The notes under the pieces are model-generated. The model saw only the letters and a program-made list of their open reading frames with translations, ran no database searches and was not told where the DNA came from. DNA of 61,321 nt, filler included, from Asterionella formosa (Eukaryota), in NCBI GenBank assembly GCA_002256025.1. It is 9 parts of 9 records of this genome, joined end to end, with 100 filler letters (N's around TTAATTAATTAA, not from the genome) between each part and the next. Parts side by side here need not be neighbours in the genome. Positions count along the whole stretch, not along the records: positions 40,986 to 47,703 come from NKIB01012630.1; positions 47,804 to 54,520 come from NKIB01012631.1; positions 54,621 to 61,321 come from NKIB01012632.1; 6 more parts are not named here. One strand, written 5' to 3'. The translations under genes were made by a program, and so were the position numbers. This document shows, piece after piece, positions 47,465 through 59,048 of the stretch (position 1 is its first letter; the number at the start of each line of letters is the position of its first letter).

Positions 47465-48328
47465 AATGGCGGCTTGTCTGGCTGATTTCGGAAGAGTTCA
47501 AAAAATTCTTTTTCTTTGTCACTGCTTTCGCTCCGTCGTCAACGTCGTCCAGTTGTGATGTTGTTGAAAGTCTATCACAATCTACTCTATATATAGTCTG
47601 CGCCGATTTCGATTGTAAAGAGGTTTCCTCCTTTGTGTTTAAGAATGGTCTTGACAAACCGGTATATTGATGTTTGTTTAAATAAGAAAGTATTGTACTG
47701 AATNNNNNNNNNNNNNNNNNNNNNNNNNNNNNNNNNNNNNNNNNNNNTTAATTAATTAANNNNNNNNNNNNNNNNNNNNNNNNNNNNNNNNNNNNNNNNN
47801 NNNTGATTGTAGACTCGCTCGGAACGATTCCTGCAATGAAAATGATAAGAATACCGGTACACGATACGAACAACCCAAATGGGTAAGTTTTGTATGTGGC
47901 TCGACGACAAAGTACTAGTATATTTCAGTAGAGGTTTACTCCTCTGACATGGCACTTAGATGTCGTTACATTGTTTTGGTTTTGAGTGAGTGCGCTTCAT
48001 CATTCCATGGGGCCGGTAACCTGTAACGTCAATATTTATTTTCAATCACACCTCGAGCAAGGGTTCTAATGCAGCAACCTTGAATACAGATTCATCTTGG
48101 TGCAATCAAACCACAAGTAAAGTACAAGCAATGAAAATATAGGCAAGAAAATAAATCTACTACTAGGACGAGACTTAGCACTATAGTGCGAACATTAAAG
48201 AACGGAGCCGTGATGACCGGATGAAACAAATCAATTGGTCGTCCAACAAGATTGTTTGTGTAGATCATCAGTTGTCATGGCGCGATCGAGATTGGTACTA
48301 CATGGTGTGAAAAGAGGCAGAACAATAT

Positions 48329-48945
48329 CTAGATGCATCCACATAGCACACCTGTATTTGGAACAGAGAATCCACAAAGATTTTGCGTCTTTGCCTGCTC
48401 TGATTCAGCAGTCTCTTCACCAACCTTGGTTTCCTCAACCTCACGTTCAGTCTGTTCTTGGGATTTCGATGCATCAACCTCGTCAGCAGGGACCTCCTCA
48501 ACAACCTTCTCGTCAACAGGGGCAGCCTCGACAGGGGCTTCGTCACGGGATTCCATTTCAAGGGCTGGCTCAACAACTGGGGCAACAACAGGGGCCGCTT
48601 CCTCAACAACAGGTTTCACTGGGGCGGCTTCCTTCTTAGGTGCAGGTGCAGCCTTGGTCTCCTTCTTGGCAGGTGCAGCCTTGGCCTCCTTCTTGACTGG
48701 AGCGGCCTTGACCTTCTTGGTAGGAGCTGCCTTGACCTTGGCCTCCTTTGTTGTCTTTTCCTTATTCTTGAGTTCAGAGTCGGCGTTCTTGCCCTTGAAA
48801 ATCTTCAGGAAACTGCGGAACAATTGCAAACACAATCGTTAGCATACGAATTCGGACCCAAAAGCGCTAACCATTTCATAGCATCAAACATCATGTACGC
48901 CAGAGAAGAGAAACTTGATACCCTTTTGCAAGCAACTTACCCCAT
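48329..48945 (-). CDS. Small Lys/Glu/Ala/Pro-rich disordered protein; 5-nt first coding exon (48945-48941) plus exon 48812-48329
   Basis: ATGGG|GTAAG...CCGCAG|TTTCCTG gives MGFLKIFKGK. KKEAKAAPA-type repeats, an acidic second half, and C-terminus LCGF...VLCGCI*. Strong codon bias. Confidence 0.75.
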
Positions 48946-50385
48946 GTTTGCTTTAGTTGATGTGGTGTTTGAAGATTGCTAAGCGTTGAATTGTGTGATG
49001 ATTTGGACCTTCAAATGTAACCGTTCTTGACTGAATGAGCGATACGTCGCACAGGCATTACCCCGCACCAGGCCAAACAATTTGCGCGCCGAGTACCGCC
49101 CCTGCTGAATTCGGCGAACATTGATATACGGACTCGTATACTTTTATGTCGAACTCACATCTGTTAAAAAAATATTTTACTTATACGGCTCGGTTAGGGT
49201 GCTCCGAGTGTGGCGAGTCGAGTCCTAAAAATTCGCCACCCGTTTTATTTCGTGGTTCCGCTGAAAACTGATACTCCTACTCAACACTATTATTCGTTTT
49301 CCATGGAACAGTCATTGCTTTNNNNNNNNNNNNNNNNNNNNNNNNNNNNNNNNNNNNNNNNNNNNNNNNNNNNNNNNNNNNNNNNNNNNNNNNNNNNNNN
49401 NNNNNNNNNNNNNNNNNNNNNNNNNNNNNNNNNNNNNNNNNNNNNNNNNNNNNNNNNNNNNNNNNNNNNNNNNNNNNNNNNNNNNNNNNNNNNNNNNNNN
49501 NNNNNNNNNNNNNNNNNNNNNNNNNNNNNNNNNNNNNNNNNNNNNNNNNNNNNNNNNNNNNNNNNNNNNNNNNNNNNNNNNNNNNNNNNNNNNNNNNNNN
49601 NNNNNNNNNNNNNNNNNNNNNNNNNNNNNNNNNNNNNNNNNNNNNNNNNNNNNNNNNNNNNNNNNNNNNNNNNNNNNNNNNNNNNNNNNNNNNNNNNNNN
49701 NNNNNNNNNNNNNNNNNNNNNNNNNNNNNNNNNNNNNNNNNNNNNNNNNNNNNNNNNNNNNNNNNNNNNNNNNNNNNNNNNNNNNNNNNNNNNNNNNNNN
49801 NNNNNNNNNNNNNNNNNNNNNNNNNNNNNNNNNNNNNNNNNNNNNNNNNNNNNNNNNNNNNNNNNNNNNNNNNNNNNNNNNNNNNNNNNNNNNNNNNNNN
49901 NNNNNNNNNNNNNNNNNNNNNNNNNNNNNNNNNNNNNNNNNNNNNNNNNNNNNNNNNNNNNNNNNNNNNNNNNNNNNNNNNNNNNNNNNNNNNNNNNNNN
50001 NNNNNNNNNNNNNNNNNNNNNNNNNNNNNNNNNNNNNNNNNNNNNNNNNNNNNNNNNNNNNNNNNNNNNNNNNNNNNNNNNNNNNNNNNNNNNNNNNNNN
50101 NNNNNNNNNNNNNNNNNNNNNNNNNNNNNNNNNNACGGGTGGTGTGCGCTTCGCTGGCTTGGAGGATCCAAGGGACCGAACGACTCCTCTCGAGGGAATC
50201 GATTTGGTGGACTGAACGTTCCCAAGATCCGACACACCCGTTCTACGTAGGAATTAGTACAAATCCAGAAGTTTGGTTGTTTTCGCGCGCTTTTTCCCGT
50301 CTCGACGCCATGTTGCAAAAACGAACCTCGTCCCATTCTGGTGCCACGATAAACTCACGCGTCGGTCGCTTCTGAACTCCTCCAG

Positions 50386-51491
50386 ACAAGTTTTGCGATC
50401 AGGTGTCTGATGCCGTCCTTGACGCCTGCGTCGCCGGTGACCCCACCTCCCGTGTGGCCTGCGAGACATGCTGCAAGACCGGCATGGTCATGATCTTTGG
50501 GGAGATCACCACCTCCACCACCGTCAATTACGAACAGGTCATTCGCGACGCCATCAAGGACATTGGATACGACGACCCTGCCAAGGGATTCGACTACAAG
50601 ACCTGCAACGTCATTGTGGCCATTGAGGAGCAATCTCCTGACATTGCCCAGTCCGTGGATGCAGTCAACGTTGAAGACATTGGCGCCGGGGACCAGGGAA
50701 TCATGTTCGGGTACGCCACCGACGAGACGGACTCCTACATGCCTTTGACGCACATGCTTGCCACCTCCCTTGGATCCAAGCTCACCGAAGTCCGCAAGAA
50801 CGGAACCTGCGCATGGGTCCGCCCCGATGGAAAGACACAGGTCACTTGTGAGTACCTACTCGTCGACGGTGTCCCGGTGCCTCAGCGTGTACACACCATT
50901 GTCATCTCCACCCAGCACAGTGAAGACGTCACCAACGAACAGATTGCTGCCGACCTTATGGAACACGTCATCAAGCCTGTCGTCCCTGAGAAATTCTTGG
51001 ACGAGAAGACCATCTACCACTTGAACCCTTCTGGCAGATTCGTCATTGGAGGACCACACGGAGATGCTGGTCTTACCGGACGTAAGATTATCATCGACAC
51101 ATACGGTGGATGGGGAGCCCACGGAGGAGGAGCCTTCTCCGGAAAGGACACCACAAAGGTCGATCGCTCCGCCGCATACGCTGCCCGTTGGGTTGCCAAG
51201 TCGTTGGTTGCGGGAGGATTTGCCAAGAGAGCTCTTGTTCAGCTGTCGTATGCCATTGGTGTCCCGTACCCACTTTCCGTCTTTGTTGACTCGTACGGAA
51301 CCGTTAAGGAAGGCATGTCCGATTCGGACTTGACTGACCTTGTTAACAAGAACTTTGACCTTCGCCCTGGATGCATCGCCCGTGACTTGGACCTCAAGCG
51401 CCCTTTCCTTCGTAAGACTGCGGCATATGGGCACTTTGGACGTGATGACCCTGATTTCTCTTGGGAGAAAGTCAAGGAGCTCAAGCTTTAA
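50386..51491 (+). CDS. metK: S-adenosylmethionine synthetase (MAT), last exon; upstream exon(s) lost in the N-gap
   Basis: CAG acceptor at 50383-50385 opens (D)KFCDQVSDA. Signature motifs [49 protein letters not shown] and TAAYGHFGR. Confidence 0.98.
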
Positions 51492-52079
51492 AAAGAAACG
51501 AAAGTACTCTACTAGCTCGAGACATGCCTATATCAAAGACAACATTCTGACTAATTATATTGTTACGAGATTCATAGAAGATAACACAAGTACATTACCG
51601 AGCTAATTTATGCTAGTTGGAAATCGGCATGGAGTTAACTGCTTTTCACTGGTACAATTTAGNNNNNNNNNNNNNNNNNNNNNNNNNNNNNNNNNNNNNN
51701 NNNNNNNNNNNNNNNNNNNNNNNNNNNNNNNNNNNNNNNNNNNNNNNNNNNNNNNNNNNNNNNNNNNNNNNNNNNNNNNNNNNNNNNNNNNNNNNNNNNN
51801 NNNNNNNNNNNNNNNNNNNNNNNNNNNNNNNNNNNNNNNNNNNNNNNNNNNNNNNNNNNNNNNNNNNNNNNNNNNNNNNNNNNNNNNNNNNNNNNNNNNN
51901 NNNNNNNNNNNNNNNNNNNNNNNNNNNNNNNNNNNNNNNNNNNNNNNNNNNNNNNNNNNNNNNNNNNNNNNNNNNNNNNNNNNNNNNNNNNNNNNNNNNN
52001 NNNNNNNNNNNNNNNNNNNNNNNNNNNNNNNNNNNNNNNNNNNNNNNNNNNNNNNNNNNNNNNNNNATAAAATGGTATA

Positions 52080-53447
52080 GTATTCTCCTAGGCTGTTTCG
52101 ACCATGAACCCCTAGGTCCTTGCCACCCTAGAGTTTGTAGTATGAAGTGAGTTATAGTCATTGCACGAGTAATGGGACTGTCAAAAAGGACTTCCATCTT
52201 CGCAAAAGTACAATATACTGTGCGTCCTTGTCCGGCACAATCCTTGCCACATGAGCACCAGGCTGCTCATTAAATGCTCCACTTACGGTCGGCATATATG
52301 TGTAGATCATTTTCTTCCAATCTAAAATAAACAATCGTTTCTTCAATTTTGCTGTAAAGTAAAGTAAACGTTCCACAACGTCGATTCCTTCCGAGTTGGG
52401 ATGCAAATATGTCTTTGCATTGATTTTGGCAGCGTCCAGATCTTTGGTTCAAGTGAAAGCTCCTGAAGTTTCCCCCGATATAAGTTGAAAATCTATCGAT
52501 CCATGTTCCAAAGTGCAACATCGCTCTTAGTCATTTGACTCTCGATAACAATCCATCCCTACAATCTACTCAACTCACGATCCTTTTCATCCCGTGCCAC
52601 ATAAAACGTTGGGATGTTGCAGGTTGAGACATTGATAGCAAACCTTTCATATTTTCCCAAATCCCCCAAATTTGTCTGTTCTTGTCATGTTCTCCCCTTG
52701 GATCGATCCGCCACGCCACTCAATTTCTTCACAAGAGATCAATGAATTCCAAGGCGTTTTGCCATCGCCACCACAAGTCCTGCTTGTCCCAGATGCAAGT
52801 CTCTTGTAGTCAACAACTTGTCCTTTGGCATTGAATTCTATAGACCGCCCCAACTCCACCACAATTTCTAATCTGTCCCTACAGTTTTCGATTCAGCATT
52901 GCTTAGATAGTAGTACCAGTTACCACCATACGAGGTAGGAAAGACATCTGCTCCATCAGGAGAAATGTGAAATGTATCTGTGGACGAAAAAGGGCCCTGT
53001 ACTAGCTATGGAGCGCGCATTACTTTGGTCCCAGACTTTGCAATATGCACGGCAGATATGCCATGAGATAAAAATAAAACATGGTCCGTCGATTTTCGTT
53101 TGTTCCGAAAAGTTGCCTGGTTCAAATAAGATCGTTGGAGGCGAAATCATCATAGTGATGTCGTCATCCTCATCATGCCGCTTTATTTAGTTGATCTAGG
53201 AAAAATTGATCTTCCTTTCTATGGACCAACACCTCGTCATTGCTAGTATGATATGGCCTATGCCGAAGACGATGACGAAGAAGATATAGTCGTATCTATC
53301 ATCATTCGTTGCAGTGGACTTCGACTGCGATGGAATGGCTTGGAATTATTAGTCTCGTCCTTCTAACGAGTCATCAATAGTATCCATTGCCGTGACTATG
53401 ACCATCAACAATGGAATGAGGACTTCCTTGAACACATTTACCTTCAT
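52080..53447 (-). pseudogene. phoX: Decayed PhoX (DUF839)-type alkaline phosphatase
   Basis: Frameshifted and stop-interrupted fragments in the expected order: FEPGNF, LSHGISAVHIAKSG, FHISPDGADVFP..GGNWYYYLSNAE, IEFNAKGQVVDYKRLASGTSRTCGGDGKTPWNSLISCEE, HPNSEGIDV...LYFTAKLKKRLFILD...TVSGAFNEQP, FCEDG. Confidence 0.75.
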
Positions 53448-53704
53448 TCTTCCTTGTCTCCTTGTGCAATAAAGCAGAGTTAAATGTCTCAATAATTTTG
53501 GATTTATTTTCTGTCGTTAGCTGACCAACTCGTGCGTTCTTGTTTTAAACAACCCTTCACCTATAGACCAGTTAGGAAGGTAAGGTATACTGCTGTTCAT
53601 GTGTTTACCGACAGCATGCTGCATTATGTACGTCATTTATTTTGCTGCGTACAATGTTTGCCATTTCGGGGCTATACGTCTGAAAATACATCAGTGATCA
53701 TCCG

Positions 53705-54484
53705 CTACTGCCAATATTGCTTCTCGAGTTCTTCACCTCCCATTTCTTGGAAAGACGTGCCCTCATGCAGACGAGTTCTGGCTTCCCTAAGCATTCGCTC
53801 TACCCACTTTTGTCGAGTCCGAGTCAAATGAATTGGTGGCAGTGAGTTTCGACCCATCCTCATAATCTCGCTTCTATCGAACCCCAGTCGAAGGCCATTC
53901 ATCACTTGCAAATGAGCTGCTTCAAAGTGCCAAGGCTTATGACGAAGTACTGTAGAGCACCATATATGACTTTCTTCACTATCACCTTGATAATACAAAA
54001 CAGCAGCAAGTCTATTCATTGGTTCGATCCAACCTTCTTGGTATTGTGCTATCATTTCCCGTAGTACTGCTTCCTCCTTTCGCAACCCTGCACTGCATTG
54101 TAGCTCCATATCACGCAAGACAATGGCAGACTCGGCACCGCGCTCGGTGATCCAAAGATTCATGATTTCATCGACAGCATCGTCAGAATCCAACATGGAT
54201 TGGAGTAAGGCGATTTCAACATTCAACCGAGCACATGCGGAAGTGGTGAGCTTCTTCATGTTGTTGGGAACAAGATCTTTCACGGTTCCCATAATGATGG
54301 ACTCATAGGACTTTCTAGCGTCATCTAGATCTTCCAGCGAGTCGAGTGCCCAGCAGCGAGATGTGGAATCTGGTGTTTGTTCGCAGCTGCAAAGACAAAT
54401 GTTCACTGATGGTGACACAAATCCAGCCGCTATATTTGCAGTTAATAATAACACTGATACAGGCGCTTTCATTCTCATCATCAT
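53705..54484 (-). CDS. Plastid-targeted TPR-like protein
   Basis: Signal peptide ending AAG-FVSP. TPR-like segment WIEPMNRLAAVLYYQG..EESHIWCSTVLRHKPWHFEA. Confidence 0.75.
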   Translation of the reverse strand: MMMRMKAPVSVLLLTANIAAGFVSPSVNICLCSCEQTPDSTSRCWALDSLEDLDDARKSYESIIMGTVKDLVPNNMKKLTTSACARLNVEIALLQSMLDSDDAVDEIMNLWITERGAESAIVLRDMELQCSAGLRKEEAVLREMIAQYQEGWIEPMNRLAAVLYYQGDSEESHIWCSTVLRHKPWHFEAAHLQVMNGLRLGFDRSEIMRMGRNSLPPIHLTRTRQKWVERMLREARTRLHEGTSFQEMGGEELEKQYWQ

Positions 54485-54620
54485 GGTGGTGCAACCGTCA
54501 TCAAAGCAGGTTCATGTACANNNNNNNNNNNNNNNNNNNNNNNNNNNNNNNNNNNNNNNNNNNNTTAATTAATTAANNNNNNNNNNNNNNNNNNNNNNNN
54601 NNNNNNNNNNNNNNNNNNNN

Positions 54621-54855
54621 GGATCCCTCGGTCGATGCATGACACTCTAGCATGAGTTCCTCGCTTGATAAGTGGCTGATGGTACTTCTTTCTTATTATT
54701 GGATTTTGAGATGAACCTGAGAAACCAACAGCAGAGGATGCAAAGGCGCTAAGGAAAGGATCACTATAGTATCCTGCATCGACAGTGGCTTGCTTGGCCG
54801 AAATTGCATCGTCCGCAGTCAAAATAATTGCACGATCTGTACCATCAATTTCCAT
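54621..54855 (-). CDS. LCMT1: N-terminus of leucine carboxyl methyltransferase (LCMT1/PPM1-like), truncated by scaffold end
   Basis: AIILTADDAISAKQATVDAGYYSDPFL...PLIKRGTHARV matches the TxDDAxxxKxxxxxxGYxxDPF...PxINRGxxxRV signature. Confidence 0.85.
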
Positions 54856-54975
54856 GGCTCTATCTTGATGCGTTGGGCAAATGGAAGTGTATATTGATGA
54901 GTCCTGAAGCTCCTAGCTCGGCCCATGCATAGAGACGATGCAATAATAATAACAATAACTGACCGTGGTGCTGTA

Positions 54976-56700
54976 GGCAATACACGTCCGAGGTGGTCTC
55001 AGTCTCATCCCTGCGAGTATACAGGGTACATGTGTTTGAGGCTGGGTGGCGCGAGTATGTTGACCGCACGAGAAGCGCGCAGATGGAAGCGTGATAGTGA
55101 TGAGATTTCAAAATTGTTTGCTGCTTAGTACCAGTATAAACGTTCCGGTTCACTACAGCATTTGGATGTGTTTAAATTATATAAATATAGCTTGCTGTGG
55201 ATTTTGGCAAATGAAGTGGAATTTCCTTATCATGATTATATTTTTGATGCTAGTCTGACCCATGTTTTTGGGAAAGCATGGCAAATTTGTCACTATGATC
55301 CTCTAAATAGTACAAGGTGACTGCACAATTCCCTATATGTTGCACAGTAGTGCTCCTATTCACGTGTAGCCCATGTGACAAGAATTTAATGGTTCCTTGC
55401 AATAAAATGAGCTGTTTGTCTATTTCCATCAGGTCCTCTGTTGAGGCTCTGCAAATCATGATCAAGAACCATTTGACACGCTTGGATGCTTGTATTGGGC
55501 GCGCTCTGAAATTAAAAAGTTATTATATCATGTGTGTATTATAACACAAATTATTCTGGTGATCTGCTACATAATATCGTCCTTGCGCTCTGATAATAGA
55601 GATATTTTAGATTGCTTCTCTGACATTATATATATTTTTAACTTTAATTTTCAACAGTTAAATTTTCATATGCTACTATGCCGCCTCTTGTTCATTATAT
55701 GCATGAGTTCTATATATTCATCATCGTCGGTCACTGACCATGTCGACTTTCATCTCATCTCCTGATGATGATGACATTATGATCACATTGCTACTGTTAG
55801 CAATGTGCTATCCACCAGTAAATAGGACGCCATCGTTCAGGGAAAGTTTGACTGTTGATGAGGTCAGAAGAAGAAGTGGCAAAATCCGTCGCCACGCACT
55901 GCAGCATCCATTATCGAGTCCATTCTGGACTTGATTCAACAGCAAGCATGATGATGCTCTGATTACCTGGTGTGGGTTTGACTCATTGATCCTGAACTGT
56001 TGACCCCGACTCTGCATGCTTCGGCGAGCTCTTGGAAACGTTGGTGCTCGCCTGGCAGTTGCCGTTCTTGAAACTGAACTAGTAGGAGCACGTGAAAAAT
56101 CGTTGTTGTTCCTTGATGGGGACTGAGTAACCCCAGAAACACCAATCTGAGAAACACCTGGGACACCTATCCAACTGTCCTCATCGTCACTGGCAAACTC
56201 ATCAGCACCAGTGTCATCTTCATTCTCGTCGTCGTCCTCCTCCTCTTCTTCTGGTTGAGTCTGTTGTTGTTCTTGTTGCTGCTGGTGACGGCGACGTTCA
56301 AGCAGCCTTGGAGAGGAAGGGAAGCCCTCCCTGGATGCTCTCCTTTCACCAGAAGAAGATGAAGACATGGCCGAAATCTAAAAGCGATGACGATCGATTG
56401 ATTGAGGAGGTTGATTGATATGTAATGATATGCATATGTATATGCATACCTATTTTGGCAAGAGCAAGCCATTTTGAGTATGAGCAAGCAAGTCTTGAAA
56501 TATTCCGGGAAATTCTATATAGTCATTCATGGCTAAACATCTTTTTATATAATGCACTGTTATTAATAACTGTAAAAATTTGTGTTTGTGTTGACCAGGT
56601 TTACCAAATTTGGTCAACACAAACACAACTTTTGGGGTTATGGGTACAACGATTTGTGTTATAATACACATGATATAATAATTTACTATGCATTATCATC
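54976..56700 (+). mobile_element. Decayed PIF/Harbinger- or ISL2EU-like element
   Basis: Starts GGCAATACACG.CCGAGGTGGTCTC, also found at 24959. 55850-55985 translates to RRRSGKIRRHALQHPLSSPFWT*...DDALITWCGFD, resembling the N-terminus of stramenopile DDE_Tnp_4 transposases. ~56450-56650 is repeated at ~60250-60430. Confidence 0.5.
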
Positions 56701-57581
56701 ACAGTATCCGGTAGGTAGCGCTCTAGTTAGTACCAGGTACACAAAAGAACACAATCGTAGTTGATGGTAGAGTACCAGTAGGTCTATGGTGGTGCAATGT
56801 GGTGCAGCGACAATATGACGTCAGCAAGGAGTGCCTTACCGGTAGTTAAAAATTCATTACCGGTAGTAACCTATATATATGATACAAAATGCTAGCAATA
56901 CTTTATTAGTACCGGTATGTCCTATTACATGTATGTACCGGGTACCCTAAGGCCGTTGGCTGCTACAAAATACATATCTTATATGAATCTGATCGTGATC
57001 CTATGTAGAAAATATCACTACGGTAGTGCAGGCCGTAGCACGGATTTTATATATGGATAGTCTGTTGGTGCAATTTTGGTTTCTCTAAGTAACAGTGGTG
57101 CAATCGGTGGTGCAATTGTGGTGCAAATGCCTATGGGCAGTTGAATTTACGAATAGTTTTCTCTTTTTCAACCCTGTTTGGGAAAAGTCCCGGTAGTTCG
57201 GAAACATCGTCGAACTTCTTCGAATCGAGAAAAGAAAAGGAATGGGTATCGGTAATCATAGCAGAGGGACATACACATACCCCGGTACTGGTACCTGGTA
57301 CCAGGGTACTGTAGTAGCAACCGGTAAAATAATTTTTGTATGTGGGATTGTCTTTCTTACCGGTACATAAGAAAACATAACTGGTAAAATACATCGATGG
57401 TGCCAGGGGGGGGGGTACCTGGTACTACCTGGTACCAGGTGCTAGCGCAGGATCCCAGGTACACCCCCCCCCCACCGGTACGCACTGTAAAAAAAATAAA
57501 AATATTGCGATCATAAAATCATCGAGGGCTACGATCAGTGAAGACAGCTGTAGAATTTGAGTCAGAAAATACCACACAACC

Positions 57582-59048
57582 ATGGATTTCTTCGACGCAG
57601 CTGTACGCCGCCTTGAGAAAGACCAATCCAAGATAAGGGGTCGAACAAGAGGTCATGGGGCTGTCATCTCAGAAAAAGCAAAGAGAGAAGCGGAGTTTCG
57701 CAAGAAAGAGCAAGAAAAGGTCTGCGAAGAAAGAGAACGAAAACAGCGACAGCAAGAGCATCTCCAGCAGTATTTTATGTCTTGCGAGCGAGGGCTTGGG
57801 GTGAGATCATTGGCAGAAGGAGGATTGAAACTACAAGCAACCTCAATTTACGGAGACGGGGACAAAATAGCGCTACCACCCTCCTTGCTTCAACAACTCA
57901 CGAATGTCCTTGGCGACGATGGGGTCTTCTCATCACCATTGACTTTTCGAATCGGTCTTTTAAATCCAAAATACTCTTTCCCTGGTTCCTCGGCTTTGAT
58001 TGATATGAATTTAGCAGGTGAATATGACGATGCCATGGATGATTCCGACGGTGACGAAAATGGGTCCATGATTGCATACTTAGCAGAACTTTCACACAAA
58101 TACATTTCTTACGCTTATGGCAATGTAGTCGAGTTCACGCAAGAAGAAGGCCACATTGGGCTCCCGATATCTATAGCTTCTTATCTACTGAATGTTGAGA
58201 GTGATTCGATTGTACCAACGACACGAACTAAGGACCGTGCTGGCAACGACAAAGAAAAGTCAATTGACACAGATGACGATCACACCGCAGGACACTTGTA
58301 TTGGGGAGGGTTTGATATTCCTGACATGCCTTTGGAGATTTCTCTCGTCAAGCTTCCGAAGGGTCGAAAGTGTACGTTAGTTCCAACAAGAGAAGCTGTT
58401 TTGAATGGATTCTATAATTTGAACGATGTCAAGCTGGTTTTGGAGATGTCATTGGTCAGATCACGTGCAACTCTATCACTGAACAATGTCATTCACACTT
58501 GGCACCGTGGTGTCCAGTACGATTTAACTGTTACCAAGGTTTCTCCATCAGATTACGGTGCTATCAGCTGCATTGACACTGATATTGAAGTCGACCTTGG
58601 CACAAACGAGGAGGTGGAGAGGGAGATTGCAAAGGCAAAACTAGTTTCTGCGGCTTCAACTCAATTGTCATCGCCCAAACCTGTGGATATGACAAAGTCA
58701 CTGGGAACAGGATATAAGTTATCCGAGACAGAACCGCATCATCTTGTGGAACCTGAACACATGGCCATACTACCTCTACTGCTGCCGGAGCCTCCATCCG
58801 ATCAAGCAGAAGATGTATGCACAGTTCAAATTAGCGCAGATGGTAAGACTGGTCGTCGTCGCCTTGATATCAAGGTTGCCAGAGTTGGTGACTTATTCAC
58901 TTTTGCATCCTCCATGATTCAGCGTGATCCTAAATCCTTTCGCCTTGTGACTCGTTTTCCTCGCCGCACATTGACCTTCTCAGATCAAATTCTGGAAGAA
59001 GCAGGCATTGAAGCTGGTCAAGCACTCTTCTTGGTGGAGATCATCTAA
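57582..59048 (+). CDS. UFD1-like domain protein with C-terminal UBX-like domain (p97/CDC48 cofactor)
   Basis: GDGDKIALPPSLL, VVEFTQEEGHIGLP, VKLPKG, KLVLE..L...ATLS and ISCIDTDIEVD (UFD1). C-terminal FRLVTRFPRR...LEEAGI...ALFLVE (UBX). Confidence 0.9.
   Translation: MDFFDAAVRRLEKDQSKIRGRTRGHGAVISEKAKREAEFRKKEQEKVCEERERKQRQQEHLQQYFMSCERGLGVRSLAEGGLKLQATSIYGDGDKIALPPSLLQQLTNVLGDDGVFSSPLTFRIGLLNPKYSFPGSSALIDMNLAGEYDDAMDDSDGDENGSMIAYLAELSHKYISYAYGNVVEFTQEEGHIGLPISIASYLLNVESDSIVPTTRTKDRAGNDKEKSIDTDDDHTAGHLYWGGFDIPDMPLEISLVKLPKGRKCTLVPTREAVLNGFYNLNDVKLVLEMSLVRSRATLSLNNVIHTWHRGVQYDLTVTKVSPSDYGAISCIDTDIEVDLGTNEEVEREIAKAKLVSAASTQLSSPKPVDMTKSLGTGYKLSETEPHHLVEPEHMAILPLLLPEPPSDQAEDVCTVQISADGKTGRRRLDIKVARVGDLFTFASSMIQRDPKSFRLVTRFPRRTLTFSDQILEEAGIEAGQALFLVEII

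Noticed and set aside
39043..52197. Long ORFs made mostly of X, and antisense ORFs over MAT, PPR and the 48-kb gene
   Set aside because: Artefacts of N-gaps and of codon bias on the opposite strand.
14482..53447. Phosphate-scavenging gene cluster (metallophosphoesterase plus PhoX)
   Set aside because: The two genes lie on different scaffolds separated by artificial linkers.
55808..56368. 186-aa minus-strand ORF as a host gene
   Set aside because: Low-complexity sequence overlapping a transposase relic on the other strand. It may be a decayed second ORF of the element, but no domain is recognisable.
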